Positions 9,351-17,626 of a stretch of DNA of 64,000 nt are shown one piece after another. The notes under the pieces were generated by a model. It was not told the origin of the DNA. It did no database searches and saw only the letters and a list, made by a program, of their open reading frames with translations. A program made the translations under genes and the position numbers. Where the stretch lies: contig OY781092.1 in assembly GCA_963676615.1 (NCBI GenBank), forward strand, positions 1,427,093 to 1,491,092. Direction: 5' to 3'. The DNA is from Candidatus Cloacimonadota bacterium (GTDB lineage Bacteria; Cloacimonadota; Cloacimonadia; G963667145). Numbering within the stretch: position 1 is the first letter of the stretch; each line of letters starts with the position of its first letter.

Positions 9351-10552
9351 ATGGAAGAGCGAGAAATTTTTTCGGTCAGTCAAATAAACGGCCACCTAAG
9401 AAACATCGTCAAAAGCAACATCCCCAATTTGTTCATCAAAGGCGAACTTTCCAACTGCACTCTGCACCGCTCTGGACACCTGTATTTCAGTTTAAAAGAC
9501 GAAAAAGCGTCAATTCGCGGCGTAATGTTTCGTTTTTACTCCTCATCGCTCGATTTTGTGCCCCAAAATGGCGATGAAGTCGTCTGTTTTGGCAAACTCG
9601 ATGTTTACGAAGTCGCTGGCATCTACCAAATCACCGTTACCCAGATGGAAAAAAAAGGCTTGGGCGATTTGAACAAAAAATTCACCCAGCTCAAAGAAAA
9701 GCTAGAATCGGAAGGACTTTTTGACGAGTCGCACAAAAAACCTATCCCCAAATATCCACAAAAAATCGGCATCATCACCTCGTCCAGCGGCGCAGCCATC
9801 CAAGACATCAAAAATGTGCTATCTCGCAGATTTCCCTGCATCTATACCTCTATCCTGCGACAGTGCAAGGAGATACGGCGGTCAGCACAATCTTGAAAGG
9901 GCTAAAATTTTTTGAAGAAAAAAAACGCGTGGACACCCTAATCATCGGCAGAGGCGGAGGCAGCCAAGAAGACCTTTTTTGCTTCAACTCCGAAGAGCTT
10001 GCCCGAGCCATTTTTGCGGCAAAAACGCCGATTATCGCTGGAATTGGGCACGAAATCGACTTCACAATTGCCGATTTTGTCGCAGATTTGCGTGCACCAA
10101 CGCCTTCTGCCGCCGCAGAACTGGCTGTTCCCGACAAACAGGAGCTACTAGAAAAATTGCAGGACGCTCAAACTTTGCTAAAATTTCAAACACAAGCAAA
10201 ATTTTCGCATTTTAAGCAAAAAATCGAGCTGCAACACCAAACTTTGCTCGCCTTATCGCCTTTTTCGAGGCTAAAAGAGCTAAAATCCAAAGTCGAAAAA
10301 TCTGGACTGCGAATGAACTATTTGCTCGCTTCGGCTTTTCACAAAATTTCCGAAAATTTCAAAATAAGCCAAGGCAAACTAGCTGAGCTTTCGCCTTTAA
10401 AAACGCTCTCCAGAGGCTACACCATCGCAAGACAAGGCGAAAAAACCCTCCGAAGCGTCAAATCTATCCACGAAAACAAGATTTTAGAGCTAATTTTCCC
10501 CGACGGTTACGCGCAGATAGAGATAAAAAAAATCGAAAAGAAAAAGCTCTAG
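9351..10552 (+). CDS. xseA: Exodeoxyribonuclease VII large subunit (XseA), split into two overlapping ORFs (9351..9896 and 9863..10552) by an apparent one-nucleotide frame disruption near 9834-9860
   Basis: The N-terminal OB-fold ORF ends ..VLSRRFPCIYTSILRQCKEIRRSAQS*. The other reading frame gives ..LYLYPATVQGDTAV.. continuing into GRGGGSQEDLFCFN.. and IIAGIGHEIDFTIADFVAD. Together these match the XseA consensus RRxP...IYPTAVQGD across the junction. Confidence 0.75.
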
Positions 10553-11238
10553 CTTTCGGCTTCTCCGTTTTTTTGACAAATAGCCTCTGCCACCAAAAAA
10601 TCGAAAGGAGTGGTGATTTTGATGTTCACTGGCTCGTCCTCGACGCAATGCACAGCAGCACCTTGCGACTCCAGAATACTGGCATCATCGGTAAACTCCA
10701 ACTGGCTATTTTTCGCTTTTTGATAAGCGGAATTCAAAAGAGAGAAAGAGAACGCCTGCGGAGTCGTTGCGCCAAAAATCTTTTGCCGATTTAAGCTTTT
10801 TTCGATTACACCAGAACTCACCTGCTTGAGCGTGTTCGTCGTCGGCACAACGGGAATAACCGCCTGCACGCTCTGCACCTTTTCCGCTAGCTTCTGCACA
10901 ACATTTTTGCTCGCAAACGGACGAACTCCGTCGTGAACAAAGACAAAATCGGTGTTTTCGACAAAATTTAGGGCGTTCGCAATCGAATCTTGCCGCATTT
11001 TGCCACCTTTCACGAACTCCAACGCTGGATAAAGACGCCCAAGCCGCTTTTTCGCAACATCGAACTCGTCCAACGGCAACACCACGATTATGCGAGCAAA
11101 AAGCTCGAACGAAACAAATCTTTCAATCGTCCGCTCCAAAATCGGCTTGCCCAAAAGCGAAAGAAACTGCTTTTTCCGCTCAGACTGCATTCGGCGTCCC
11201 TTGCCCGCGGCGGTGATAATCGCAACAAACTCTGGCAC
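10549..11238 (-). CDS. ispD: 2-C-methyl-D-erythritol 4-phosphate cytidylyltransferase
   Basis: IITAAGKGRRM and VHDGVRPF motifs. 229 aa. Confidence 0.85.
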   Translation of the reverse strand: MPEFVAIITAAGKGRRMQSERKKQFLSLLGKPILERTIERFVSFELFARIIVVLPLDEFDVAKKRLGRLYPALEFVKGGKMRQDSIANALNFVENTDFVFVHDGVRPFASKNVVQKLAEKVQSVQAVIPVVPTTNTLKQVSSGVIEKSLNRQKIFGATTPQAFSFSLLNSAYQKAKNSQLEFTDDASILESQGAAVHCVEDEPVNIKITTPFDFLVAEAICQKNGEAES

Positions 11239-11247
11239 AACTATAAC

Positions 11248-12621
11248 TTACAGATCCACCGTAACATAACCGTAGCTGCCGTCGGCGTGCACAACATAAA
11301 AAAGCAACCGATCGCCCTTTTTAGCTTTGGCGAGCTCAGCCTCAAACTGCCCCTGATTCTCCAGCAAAACATCCTGAACTTCCTGAATGACATCGCCTTT
11401 TTGCAATCCAGCCTTGGCAAAAGCGGAGTTCGCAGCAACATCTGAAACAACGACTCCAAAATCCAAAGATTTTTTTTGCGAAGCGTCGAGCGGCGCAACA
11501 GAGATGCTGGCCGCAGCTGCTGACACAGAACTTTCCGCTGGCTCAGCCTCAAAACCAGGCAAAGACGAAGCGCTCGGCTCGGTCAATTTTAAGTAAAAAT
11601 ACTCCCGTTTGCCGTTTTTGGAGACGATAATTCGCAATTCTCCCTTAGATTTGGCTCTTTTTTCGATTTTTCGGAGCGTTTCGATGTCTTTCACCCGAAA
11701 ATTCTCTGCGCCGATTATCAAATCGCCAGCGACAAAACCAGCTTCTGCGCCTGGACTTTCGGGCACTACCGATTGCACAATCACGCCCTGTGCGGCAGAC
11801 AAATTGTAGTTAAGCAAATCCGCTTGGCTCACATTTCGCAAATTCAACCCGTAAAAAAATCCGTTGTCCGCTGGCAACGGCTGCAGCGCATTATCCGCAA
11901 CTTTTTCTTTGCTTTTTTGATATTCCGCAATCAAATTTTGGGCGATTGCGAAAAAAGATTCCGAAGAGAGAACTAAACCTTGCTGCAAAAAGCCGCCTTC
12001 GCCAATTCCTGTTTCGTCTATGGCAAACCCGACCATTCCACCGAAATTGTCCAGCACGACTCCGCCGAGCGTGTTCTGCGTGATATTCGCATCCACCTCG
12101 TAAACTTGCGAGCCGCTCTGCGCGTCCTGCAACATCACATCGGTCTTGGCGACAATCCCCGCCGAAGCGCTCAACTGCAGACCTCCAGTTTGATTTAAAC
12201 CGCCACCGACAACGCAAACATCTTGCCCCAACGAAGCAGGCAGTTTCGACTTTTTGGCAACTTTTATCGCATCCGAAGAGGCGAACTTATACACCGCCAA
12301 ATTGACGCTCTCGCTCTTTCCAACGCTCTCCAGCAAAAACTTTTGCCCGTCCAAAGTCACCGCGTAAATCTTTTTGTGCTCAACGCCGTAAATATTCGTA
12401 TTCACCGTCGCCAAATAATAATCTCGCTCCTCATTTTGAAAAATCACGCCCGAGCCCATACTCACGATTTCGGCAATTTTCCCAGAATCCACACTCTCTT
12501 GCACCACAACATTCACAAGGGTTCCAGCGGCTTTATCAATAACATTTTTCCAGTCGTCTGCGCCCCACAAAAGTTGGCTCAGCAGCAACAACATCGAAAA
12601 ACCTGTTAGCAATTTTTTCAT
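11248..12621 (-). CDS. HtrA/DegP-family periplasmic protein (trypsin-like domain plus two PDZ domains) with all three catalytic-triad positions substituted; predicted pseudo-protease
   Basis: Signal peptide present. Hand-aligning to E. coli DegP, LGSGVII matches SMGSGVIF. The His site TNNHVV corresponds to ATVNTNI (no His). The Asp site SDIALIQ corresponds to SVNLAVYKF (Asp to Asn). The Ser site GNSGGAL corresponds to QNTLGGVV (Ser to Leu). Two PDZ-like segments follow. Confidence 0.75.
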   Translation of the reverse strand: MKKLLTGFSMLLLLSQLLWGADDWKNVIDKAAGTLVNVVVQESVDSGKIAEIVSMGSGVIFQNEERDYYLATVNTNIYGVEHKKIYAVTLDGQKFLLESVGKSESVNLAVYKFASSDAIKVAKKSKLPASLGQDVCVVGGGLNQTGGLQLSASAGIVAKTDVMLQDAQSGSQVYEVDANITQNTLGGVVLDNFGGMVGFAIDETGIGEGGFLQQGLVLSSESFFAIAQNLIAEYQKSKEKVADNALQPLPADNGFFYGLNLRNVSQADLLNYNLSAAQGVIVQSVVPESPGAEAGFVAGDLIIGAENFRVKDIETLRKIEKRAKSKGELRIIVSKNGKREYFYLKLTEPSASSLPGFEAEPAESSVSAAAASISVAPLDASQKKSLDFGVVVSDVAANSAFAKAGLQKGDVIQEVQDVLLENQGQFEAELAKAKKGDRLLFYVVHADGSYGYVTVDL

Positions 12622-12701
12622 TTAGACCTCCACCTAAAAATACATCATTATCCCATTTTGAGGCGACTAAAAATTAGTCAAATTTTTTCTTGACTAAAAA
12701 A

Positions 12702-12728
12702 GTAGCAATCGCAGGGTTGCACTGCTAA
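12702..12728 (+). promoter_or_regulatory. CIRCE-like inverted repeat (HrcA operator type) upstream of groES
   Basis: gtAGCAaTC-N9-cAcTGCTAA compared with the consensus TTAGCACTC-N9-GAGTGCTAA gives 7/9 plus 7/9 matches with the exact 9-nt spacer. A perfect 15-bp palindrome GACTAAAAATTAGTC lies at 12665-12679 just upstream. Confidence 0.45.
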
Positions 12729-12750
12729 TAAAATTTAAGGAGAGTCAAAA

Positions 12751-13020
12751 ATGAAAATAAAACCTTTAGACAAAAGAGTTGTCATTGAGATGAGCCAAGC
12801 TGAAGAAAAGACTGTCGGAGGCATTATTTTGCCCGATTCAGCCAAAGAAAAACCGCAAACTGGGAAAATCGTAGCTGTCGGAAGTGACGCCGATTTGCAA
12901 AAACTGGTGAAAGTTGGAGACGAAATCCTTTACTCAAAATACGGCGGAACCGAGGTGAAACTCGACGGAAAAGAGTTTATGATCTTGTCGCAAGACGACA
13001 TCTTGGCAGTTGTGGAATAA
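12751..13020 (+). CDS. groES: co-chaperonin GroES (10 kDa), orphan with no groEL downstream
   Basis: 89 aa. IKPLxDRVVI...EKTxGGIILPDSAKEKPQxGKIVAVG is canonical Cpn10. GGAG RBS. It is followed by a terminator and a convergent gene. Confidence 0.9.
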   Translation: MKIKPLDKRVVIEMSQAEEKTVGGIILPDSAKEKPQTGKIVAVGSDADLQKLVKVGDEILYSKYGGTEVKLDGKEFMILSQDDILAVVE

Positions 13021-13036
13021 GAAAATTTTGTAAAAA

Positions 13037-13078
13037 AATGCTTCCCACTTATAGATTAACGGGAAGCATTTTTTGTTT
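13037..13078. terminator. Bidirectional rho-independent terminator (groES / sdaA convergent pair)
   Basis: aatgcttccc (13037-13046) pairs with gggaagcatt (13061-13070), followed by ttttgtttc. An A-run precedes it on the other strand. Confidence 0.75.
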
Positions 13079-13082
13079 CTAA

Positions 13083-14282
13083 CTAATCTTTAGCAAGTCC
13101 ACCTAAAGAGGTTTCTTTGTAAATATTTGGCAAGTCGTGTCCCGTTTCGAGCATCACTCGCACCACCTTATCAAATCCTACAAAATGATTGCCGTCAGAC
13201 AAAGACGCATATGCGCTACAACTCAAAGCCCTAGCAGCCGCCAAAGCGTTGCGTTCTATGCAAGGAACTTGCACCAAACCTCGCACGGGATCACAAGTGA
13301 GGCCCAAAAAATGTTCCAAGCCCATTGTTGCGGCATATTCTATCTGATAAGGGGAACCTCCAAAAAGCTGACAAGCAGCCGCAGCCGCCATTGAACAAGC
13401 CACACCAACTTCTCCTTGACATCCAACATCAGCCCCTGCTACAGAAGCGTTTTTCTTAACCAAAGCGGCTATCAATCCAGCCGTTGCCAAAGCTTTCACT
13501 ATTCTAACAGTCTCAAAGTCATACTTTTCCTGCAAACTATACAAAACAGCAGGCAAAACCCCCGCAGAGCCACAGGTAGGAGCAGTCACAACTATTCCTC
13601 CACCCGCGTTTTCTTCTGCCACTGCCAAAGCGTTAGCAAAAACTAGCCCATGCCTTTGCATTGAAAAAGCGTTGCCGTTCGATTTAATCTTATACGAACA
13701 AGCCTTTCTTTGGATATTCAAACCTCCCTGCAAAGTTCCCTCGGTCACAAGACCTTTTCGCACAGAAGCTTGCATAGCGTCCCAAACTTCTCCTAAATAA
13801 GCGGGCAAATCGTCGTCTTCGTGTGCATAAACAAATTCCCAAAAACTATTAAACTCTCTTGCTTTAACCAAACCTAAAATGTCTTCCATCTTGTTCAAAG
13901 AGTAGCAAGATTTCTTCTCCACAACCTCGCCTTTATCCTCATCATAAACCACATCTCCGCCGCCAATGCTGTAGCAAAGAGACTGTTCAATCTCTTTACC
14001 TTGCGCATCAAGAGCAACAAATTTCATTCCGTTGGGATGATATGGCAGAAATTCTTGCGCTTTCCACTCTATTTCAACATTGGAAGAGTTTAGACCTTGA
14101 CAAATCGCATGATCGGTCAAATGCCCTTTGCCGGTTGCAGCCAAAGACCCATACAAAGTAACTTTGTAAGAATGAGCTCCTTTAGTCTTAGCGGCGAACT
14201 CTTGAGCGGCAAACCTTGGACCCATAGTATGACTACTGGATGGCCCCATTCCTATCTTGTAGATATTTCTAATCGATTTCAT
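13083..14282 (-). CDS. sdaA: L-serine dehydratase, iron-sulfur dependent, single-chain form
   Basis: GMGPSSSHTMGP (beta-domain motif) and a C-terminal alpha-domain with conserved Cys residues (TAPTCGSAG, DVGCQGEVGVAC). Confidence 0.85.
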   Translation of the reverse strand: MKSIRNIYKIGMGPSSSHTMGPRFAAQEFAAKTKGAHSYKVTLYGSLAATGKGHLTDHAICQGLNSSNVEIEWKAQEFLPYHPNGMKFVALDAQGKEIEQSLCYSIGGGDVVYDEDKGEVVEKKSCYSLNKMEDILGLVKAREFNSFWEFVYAHEDDDLPAYLGEVWDAMQASVRKGLVTEGTLQGGLNIQRKACSYKIKSNGNAFSMQRHGLVFANALAVAEENAGGGIVVTAPTCGSAGVLPAVLYSLQEKYDFETVRIVKALATAGLIAALVKKNASVAGADVGCQGEVGVACSMAAAAACQLFGGSPYQIEYAATMGLEHFLGLTCDPVRGLVQVPCIERNALAAARALSCSAYASLSDGNHFVGFDKVVRVMLETGHDLPNIYKETSLGGLAKD

Positions 14283-14286
14283 AATT

Positions 14287-16323
14287 TCACCTTATTTCAC
14301 TCCCTTTAGTAATTTTTTTGTCAGGATACAGCACCGACAAATCCCCATTTGCACTTTCTGCTGCCAAAATCATTCCTTGCGACTCTAGCCCCATAATTTT
14401 TTTGGTCGGCAAATTCGCCAAAACAACCACCGATTTTCCCACAAGCTGCTCGGGAGCATAAAACTCCGAAATTCCCGACAAAATCTGCCGTTTTTCTCTG
14501 CCCAAATCTATCTCAAAACGCAAAAGTTTCTTCGATTTCGGCACAGGCTGGCAACTCAGCACTTTTCCCACACGCAAATCGATTTTGGCAAAATCTTCAA
14601 AAGAGATCGCCTTTTTGAACTCAGCCACTTCCACAACATTTTCGTCGGCAACCTGACCGCTTTTCATTAGCTTTTCCACCTGCTCTTGAATTTTTTCGTC
14701 CTCAATCCTCGGAAAAAGCGGCTCAATCTCACCAAATTTGTAACTTTTTTCTGCTTTTGCAACATCTTGCCAGACAAAATCGGCACTAACGCTCATCATT
14801 TTGCGCAACCTCACGCAAGCTTTGGGCAAAATCGGCGCAAAAACGACGCTAAAAATCCGCAGCAACTCGCTGCACACATACAAAGATTGCTCGGCGGCAG
14901 CTTTGTCGGTCTTTATCACCTTCCACGGAGCGCTCTCGTCGAAAAATTTGTTGCCCAGGCGCGCGATATTCATTCCAAGCTCTGCGTTTTTTCGCAACTG
15001 ATAACCGTAATAGCCGCTCTCCATCTGGCTGGCTATCGCAAGCGCCTCATCCAAAACGCTCTGAGCGTCGCTACTCAAAGCCGCAGGTCTGGCGATTTCG
15101 CCCGCAAAATTTTTCTTGGCAAAACTGAAAACTCTGTTCGCCAAGTTTCCCAAAATATTCGCTAGCTCCCCGTTAACTTTCGCCTGAAAATCTTTCCAAA
15201 CAAAGTCGGAATCTTTGTGCTCTGGCGCAATTCTGGCGATGTAGTATCGCAAAAGTTCGCCATCGAACTCCGCCAAAAAATCTCGGACCCAAATCGCCCA
15301 ATTTTTGCTGGTGGAGAGTTTGTTTCCTTCCAAATTCAAAAATTCGTTGGCTGGAATATCGTGCGGCAAAATATAGTCCGCCTCTTGCCCCATCAGCATC
15401 GCTGGCCAAAAAATCGCGTGAAAAATGTTGTTGTCTTTGCCGATGAAATGAATCAGCTTCGTGTCGGGATTTTTCCAATAATCTCGCCAGCCGTCGGGAT
15501 TGTCGGTCTTGGCAAAATACTCAATCGAGCTGGAGATGTAGCCTATCGGCGCGTCAAACCACACATAAAGCACTTTGCCCGCGGCGTTCGGAAGCGGCAC
15601 AGGCACGCCCCAGTCGATGTCTCTGGTCACCGCTCTTTTTTTCAAACCTTCGTCAACTAAGCCCAAAATGAACCGCAAAATATTCTCTTTCCAATTTTGG
15701 CGACTCTCCAGCCAGTCTCGCAATCTCGGCACAAAAGCGGGCAAATCGAACATCCAATGTTTCGTCGAGCGAACCTCAGGCTCCGCACCGCAAATTTTGC
15801 ACTTCGGGCTGATTAACCCCACGGAATCCATCAGCTTTCCGCAAGCATCACACTGGTCGCCTCGTGCTCCGTCGGCGCCGCAATACGGACAAACGCCTTC
15901 TACATAGCGGTCTGCCAAAAATCGCTTGCACGAGCCGCAATAATACTGCTCCGACTCTTGCGTCGAGATGTAGCCTTTTTCCAAAAGTTTGAGGAAAAAC
16001 TCCTGCGAGAGCTTGCTGTGTGGCGCTCTGGCTGTCCCCGAAAAATTATCGAACTCGATGCCAAGTCCCGCAAAATCTTCCTCCATCCGCTCGTGATAAA
16101 AATCCACCACCTGCTTTGGCGTCTTTCCCTGCGCTTCCGCCTTGATAGAGATGGGCGCGCCGTGTTCGTCCGACCCGCAAAAATAAAGGACATCCTCGCC
16201 TTTCAGCCGCAAAAATTTCACAAAAACATCGCCTGGCAAATACGCCCCGGCAATGTGTCCGATGTGCAAATCGCCGTTGGCATAGGGCAGCGCCGAAGTA
16301 ACCAAAAACTTACTTTTTCCCAT
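14287..16323 (-). CDS. metG: methionyl-tRNA synthetase with C-terminal EMAP/tRNA-binding domain
   Basis: HIGHIAGAY (HIGH), KLSTSK (KMSKS), a zinc knuckle CPYCG...CDACG, and a C-terminal Trbp111-like domain. 678 aa. Confidence 0.95.
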   Translation of the reverse strand: MGKSKFLVTSALPYANGDLHIGHIAGAYLPGDVFVKFLRLKGEDVLYFCGSDEHGAPISIKAEAQGKTPKQVVDFYHERMEEDFAGLGIEFDNFSGTARAPHSKLSQEFFLKLLEKGYISTQESEQYYCGSCKRFLADRYVEGVCPYCGADGARGDQCDACGKLMDSVGLISPKCKICGAEPEVRSTKHWMFDLPAFVPRLRDWLESRQNWKENILRFILGLVDEGLKKRAVTRDIDWGVPVPLPNAAGKVLYVWFDAPIGYISSSIEYFAKTDNPDGWRDYWKNPDTKLIHFIGKDNNIFHAIFWPAMLMGQEADYILPHDIPANEFLNLEGNKLSTSKNWAIWVRDFLAEFDGELLRYYIARIAPEHKDSDFVWKDFQAKVNGELANILGNLANRVFSFAKKNFAGEIARPAALSSDAQSVLDEALAIASQMESGYYGYQLRKNAELGMNIARLGNKFFDESAPWKVIKTDKAAAEQSLYVCSELLRIFSVVFAPILPKACVRLRKMMSVSADFVWQDVAKAEKSYKFGEIEPLFPRIEDEKIQEQVEKLMKSGQVADENVVEVAEFKKAISFEDFAKIDLRVGKVLSCQPVPKSKKLLRFEIDLGREKRQILSGISEFYAPEQLVGKSVVVLANLPTKKIMGLESQGMILAAESANGDLSVLYPDKKITKGSEIR

Positions 16324-16329
16324 CGTCTA

Positions 16330-16392
16330 TTTTCTCCTTAAAAAAACTTTTCCTCATACAAAAAACACGCTCGCCGCTAGTCAACAAATTTT
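16330..16392. repeat. 63-bp direct repeat, copy 1 (metG 5' leader: promoter-like hexamers plus RBS)
   Basis: ttttctccttaaaaaaacttttcctcatacaaaaaacacgctcgccgctagtcaacaaatttt is identical at 63/63 to 17542-17604. On the minus strand it supplies AAGGAG (complement of 16334-16339) 10 nt before the metG ATG, and a TTGACT hexamer (complement of 16379-16384). Confidence 0.9.
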
Positions 16393-16533
16393 TATTCATT
16401 CAACTGTTTAATCTCGTTTACTACTTTATATTCTAAATCTTCAAGCTCGCTAAAGTGAGCTTTTTCGCATTTTATTTATCAAACTCAAAAACCCCTTCTT
16501 GCTGATATCGCAGGTTAGATTCGAAGGTTAACC

Positions 16534-17538
16534 TTATATTTTTTCTTCCAGTTTTTTAATTTCGATACGCTGTTTTGTCTCCAATAAAATTGAATGAAGT
16601 TTTTGCTCCAATTTCTTTTTTGGCGGCAGATCTGCCCAATATTCTGCTACCATTATACCGTCTTTGTGCATTTCCAAAAGCTCAACCTGCTCCCTGCTTG
16701 CCTCGGCACAAAGAATTAAACCTATTGGCTGTTTTTCTCCTTCCTGCTTTTCGTAACGGTTTAACCACTTTAGGTAAAGCTCCATTTGCCCTTTGTGGCT
16801 TGCTTTAAATTCGCCAAGTTTAAGCTCAATAGCTACAAGCCGCTTTAGCTTGCGGTGATAAAACAGTAAGTCCAGATAAAAATCTTTGCCGTCAAGAATT
16901 ATCCTTTTTTGGCGTTCGACAAACGAAAAACCTGCGCCAAGCTCCAAAATAAAGGTTTCAAGCTGGCGAAGGATAGCGGATTCTATGTCTTTTTCCAGAT
17001 AGCCCTCTTTTAGCTCCAAAAAATCAAGAAAATAGGGGTCTTTAAAAACACCTGTCGCATCGGTTAACTCTAAAGCGTTTTCAAACTGGAAATTTGCAAT
17101 TTCTGAACGCTCAAAAGCTTTGCGCTCAATTTGGTGGCGCAACTCTCGCTTGCTCCATAAAGATTCTATCGCTTTTTGTGCATAAAATTCTCGTGCTTTC
17201 GCATCTTTAATTGGCAAAAGAATCAAAAAATGAGACCAACTCAATTGTCGTGCCAACGGAACGACAATCTCAATATCGGGCAAAATCTCCGCAAACTGCA
17301 TCATTCTGCGCAAGTTGCGAAGCTCAAAGCTCTTGCCAAATTTGTCCACCAACTGTGTCGAAACTTTAGCAACCACCTCTTTTCCATATTTTGCCCGTTT
17401 ATTTTTAAGAATGTGTTCGTTTATGGTCTTTCCAACCTGCCAATATGTAAGCACAACGGCGCTATTTACCTGAACGGCAACCTGCTTTTTGCCCTGCTCA
17501 ATTATTTGAACAAGGTTTGGCAATAACCGATTATCCAA
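16534..17538 (-). CDS. YhcG/DUF1016-family PD-(D/E)XK nuclease-like protein
   Basis: 334 aa. The N-terminal YhcG-like helical domain (LVQIIEQGKKQVA..VNSAVVLTYWQVGKTINE) and the C-terminal restriction-endonuclease-like core with D..(D/E)xK (DLLFYHRKLKRLVAIELKLGE) support the call. TTG start with AAGGAG 7 nt upstream, supplied by repeat copy 2. Confidence 0.65.
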   Translation of the reverse strand: MDNRLLPNLVQIIEQGKKQVAVQVNSAVVLTYWQVGKTINEHILKNKRAKYGKEVVAKVSTQLVDKFGKSFELRNLRRMMQFAEILPDIEIVVPLARQLSWSHFLILLPIKDAKAREFYAQKAIESLWSKRELRHQIERKAFERSEIANFQFENALELTDATGVFKDPYFLDFLELKEGYLEKDIESAILRQLETFILELGAGFSFVERQKRIILDGKDFYLDLLFYHRKLKRLVAIELKLGEFKASHKGQMELYLKWLNRYEKQEGEKQPIGLILCAEASREQVELLEMHKDGIMVAEYWADLPPKKKLEQKLHSILLETKQRIEIKKLEEKI

Positions 17539-17541
17539 CTG

Positions 17542-17604
17542 TTTTCTCCTTAAAAAAACTTTTCCTCATACAAAAAACACGCTCGCCGCTAGTCAACAAA
17601 TTTT
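17542..17604. repeat. 63-bp direct repeat, copy 2 (immediately 5' of the yhcG-like gene)
   Basis: Identical to 16330-16392. The spacing between copies is 1212 bp. Confidence 0.9.
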
Positions 17605-17626
17605 GGTCAAATCTTGCAAAGCTGGT

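Noticed and set aside
16490-16525. tRNA-like fragment aggttagattcgaaggttaacc near the repeat-flanked insertion (possible att-site remnant)
   Set aside because: It lacks a GTTCGAATCC-type T-arm and acceptor-stem pairing. No cloverleaf can be drawn.
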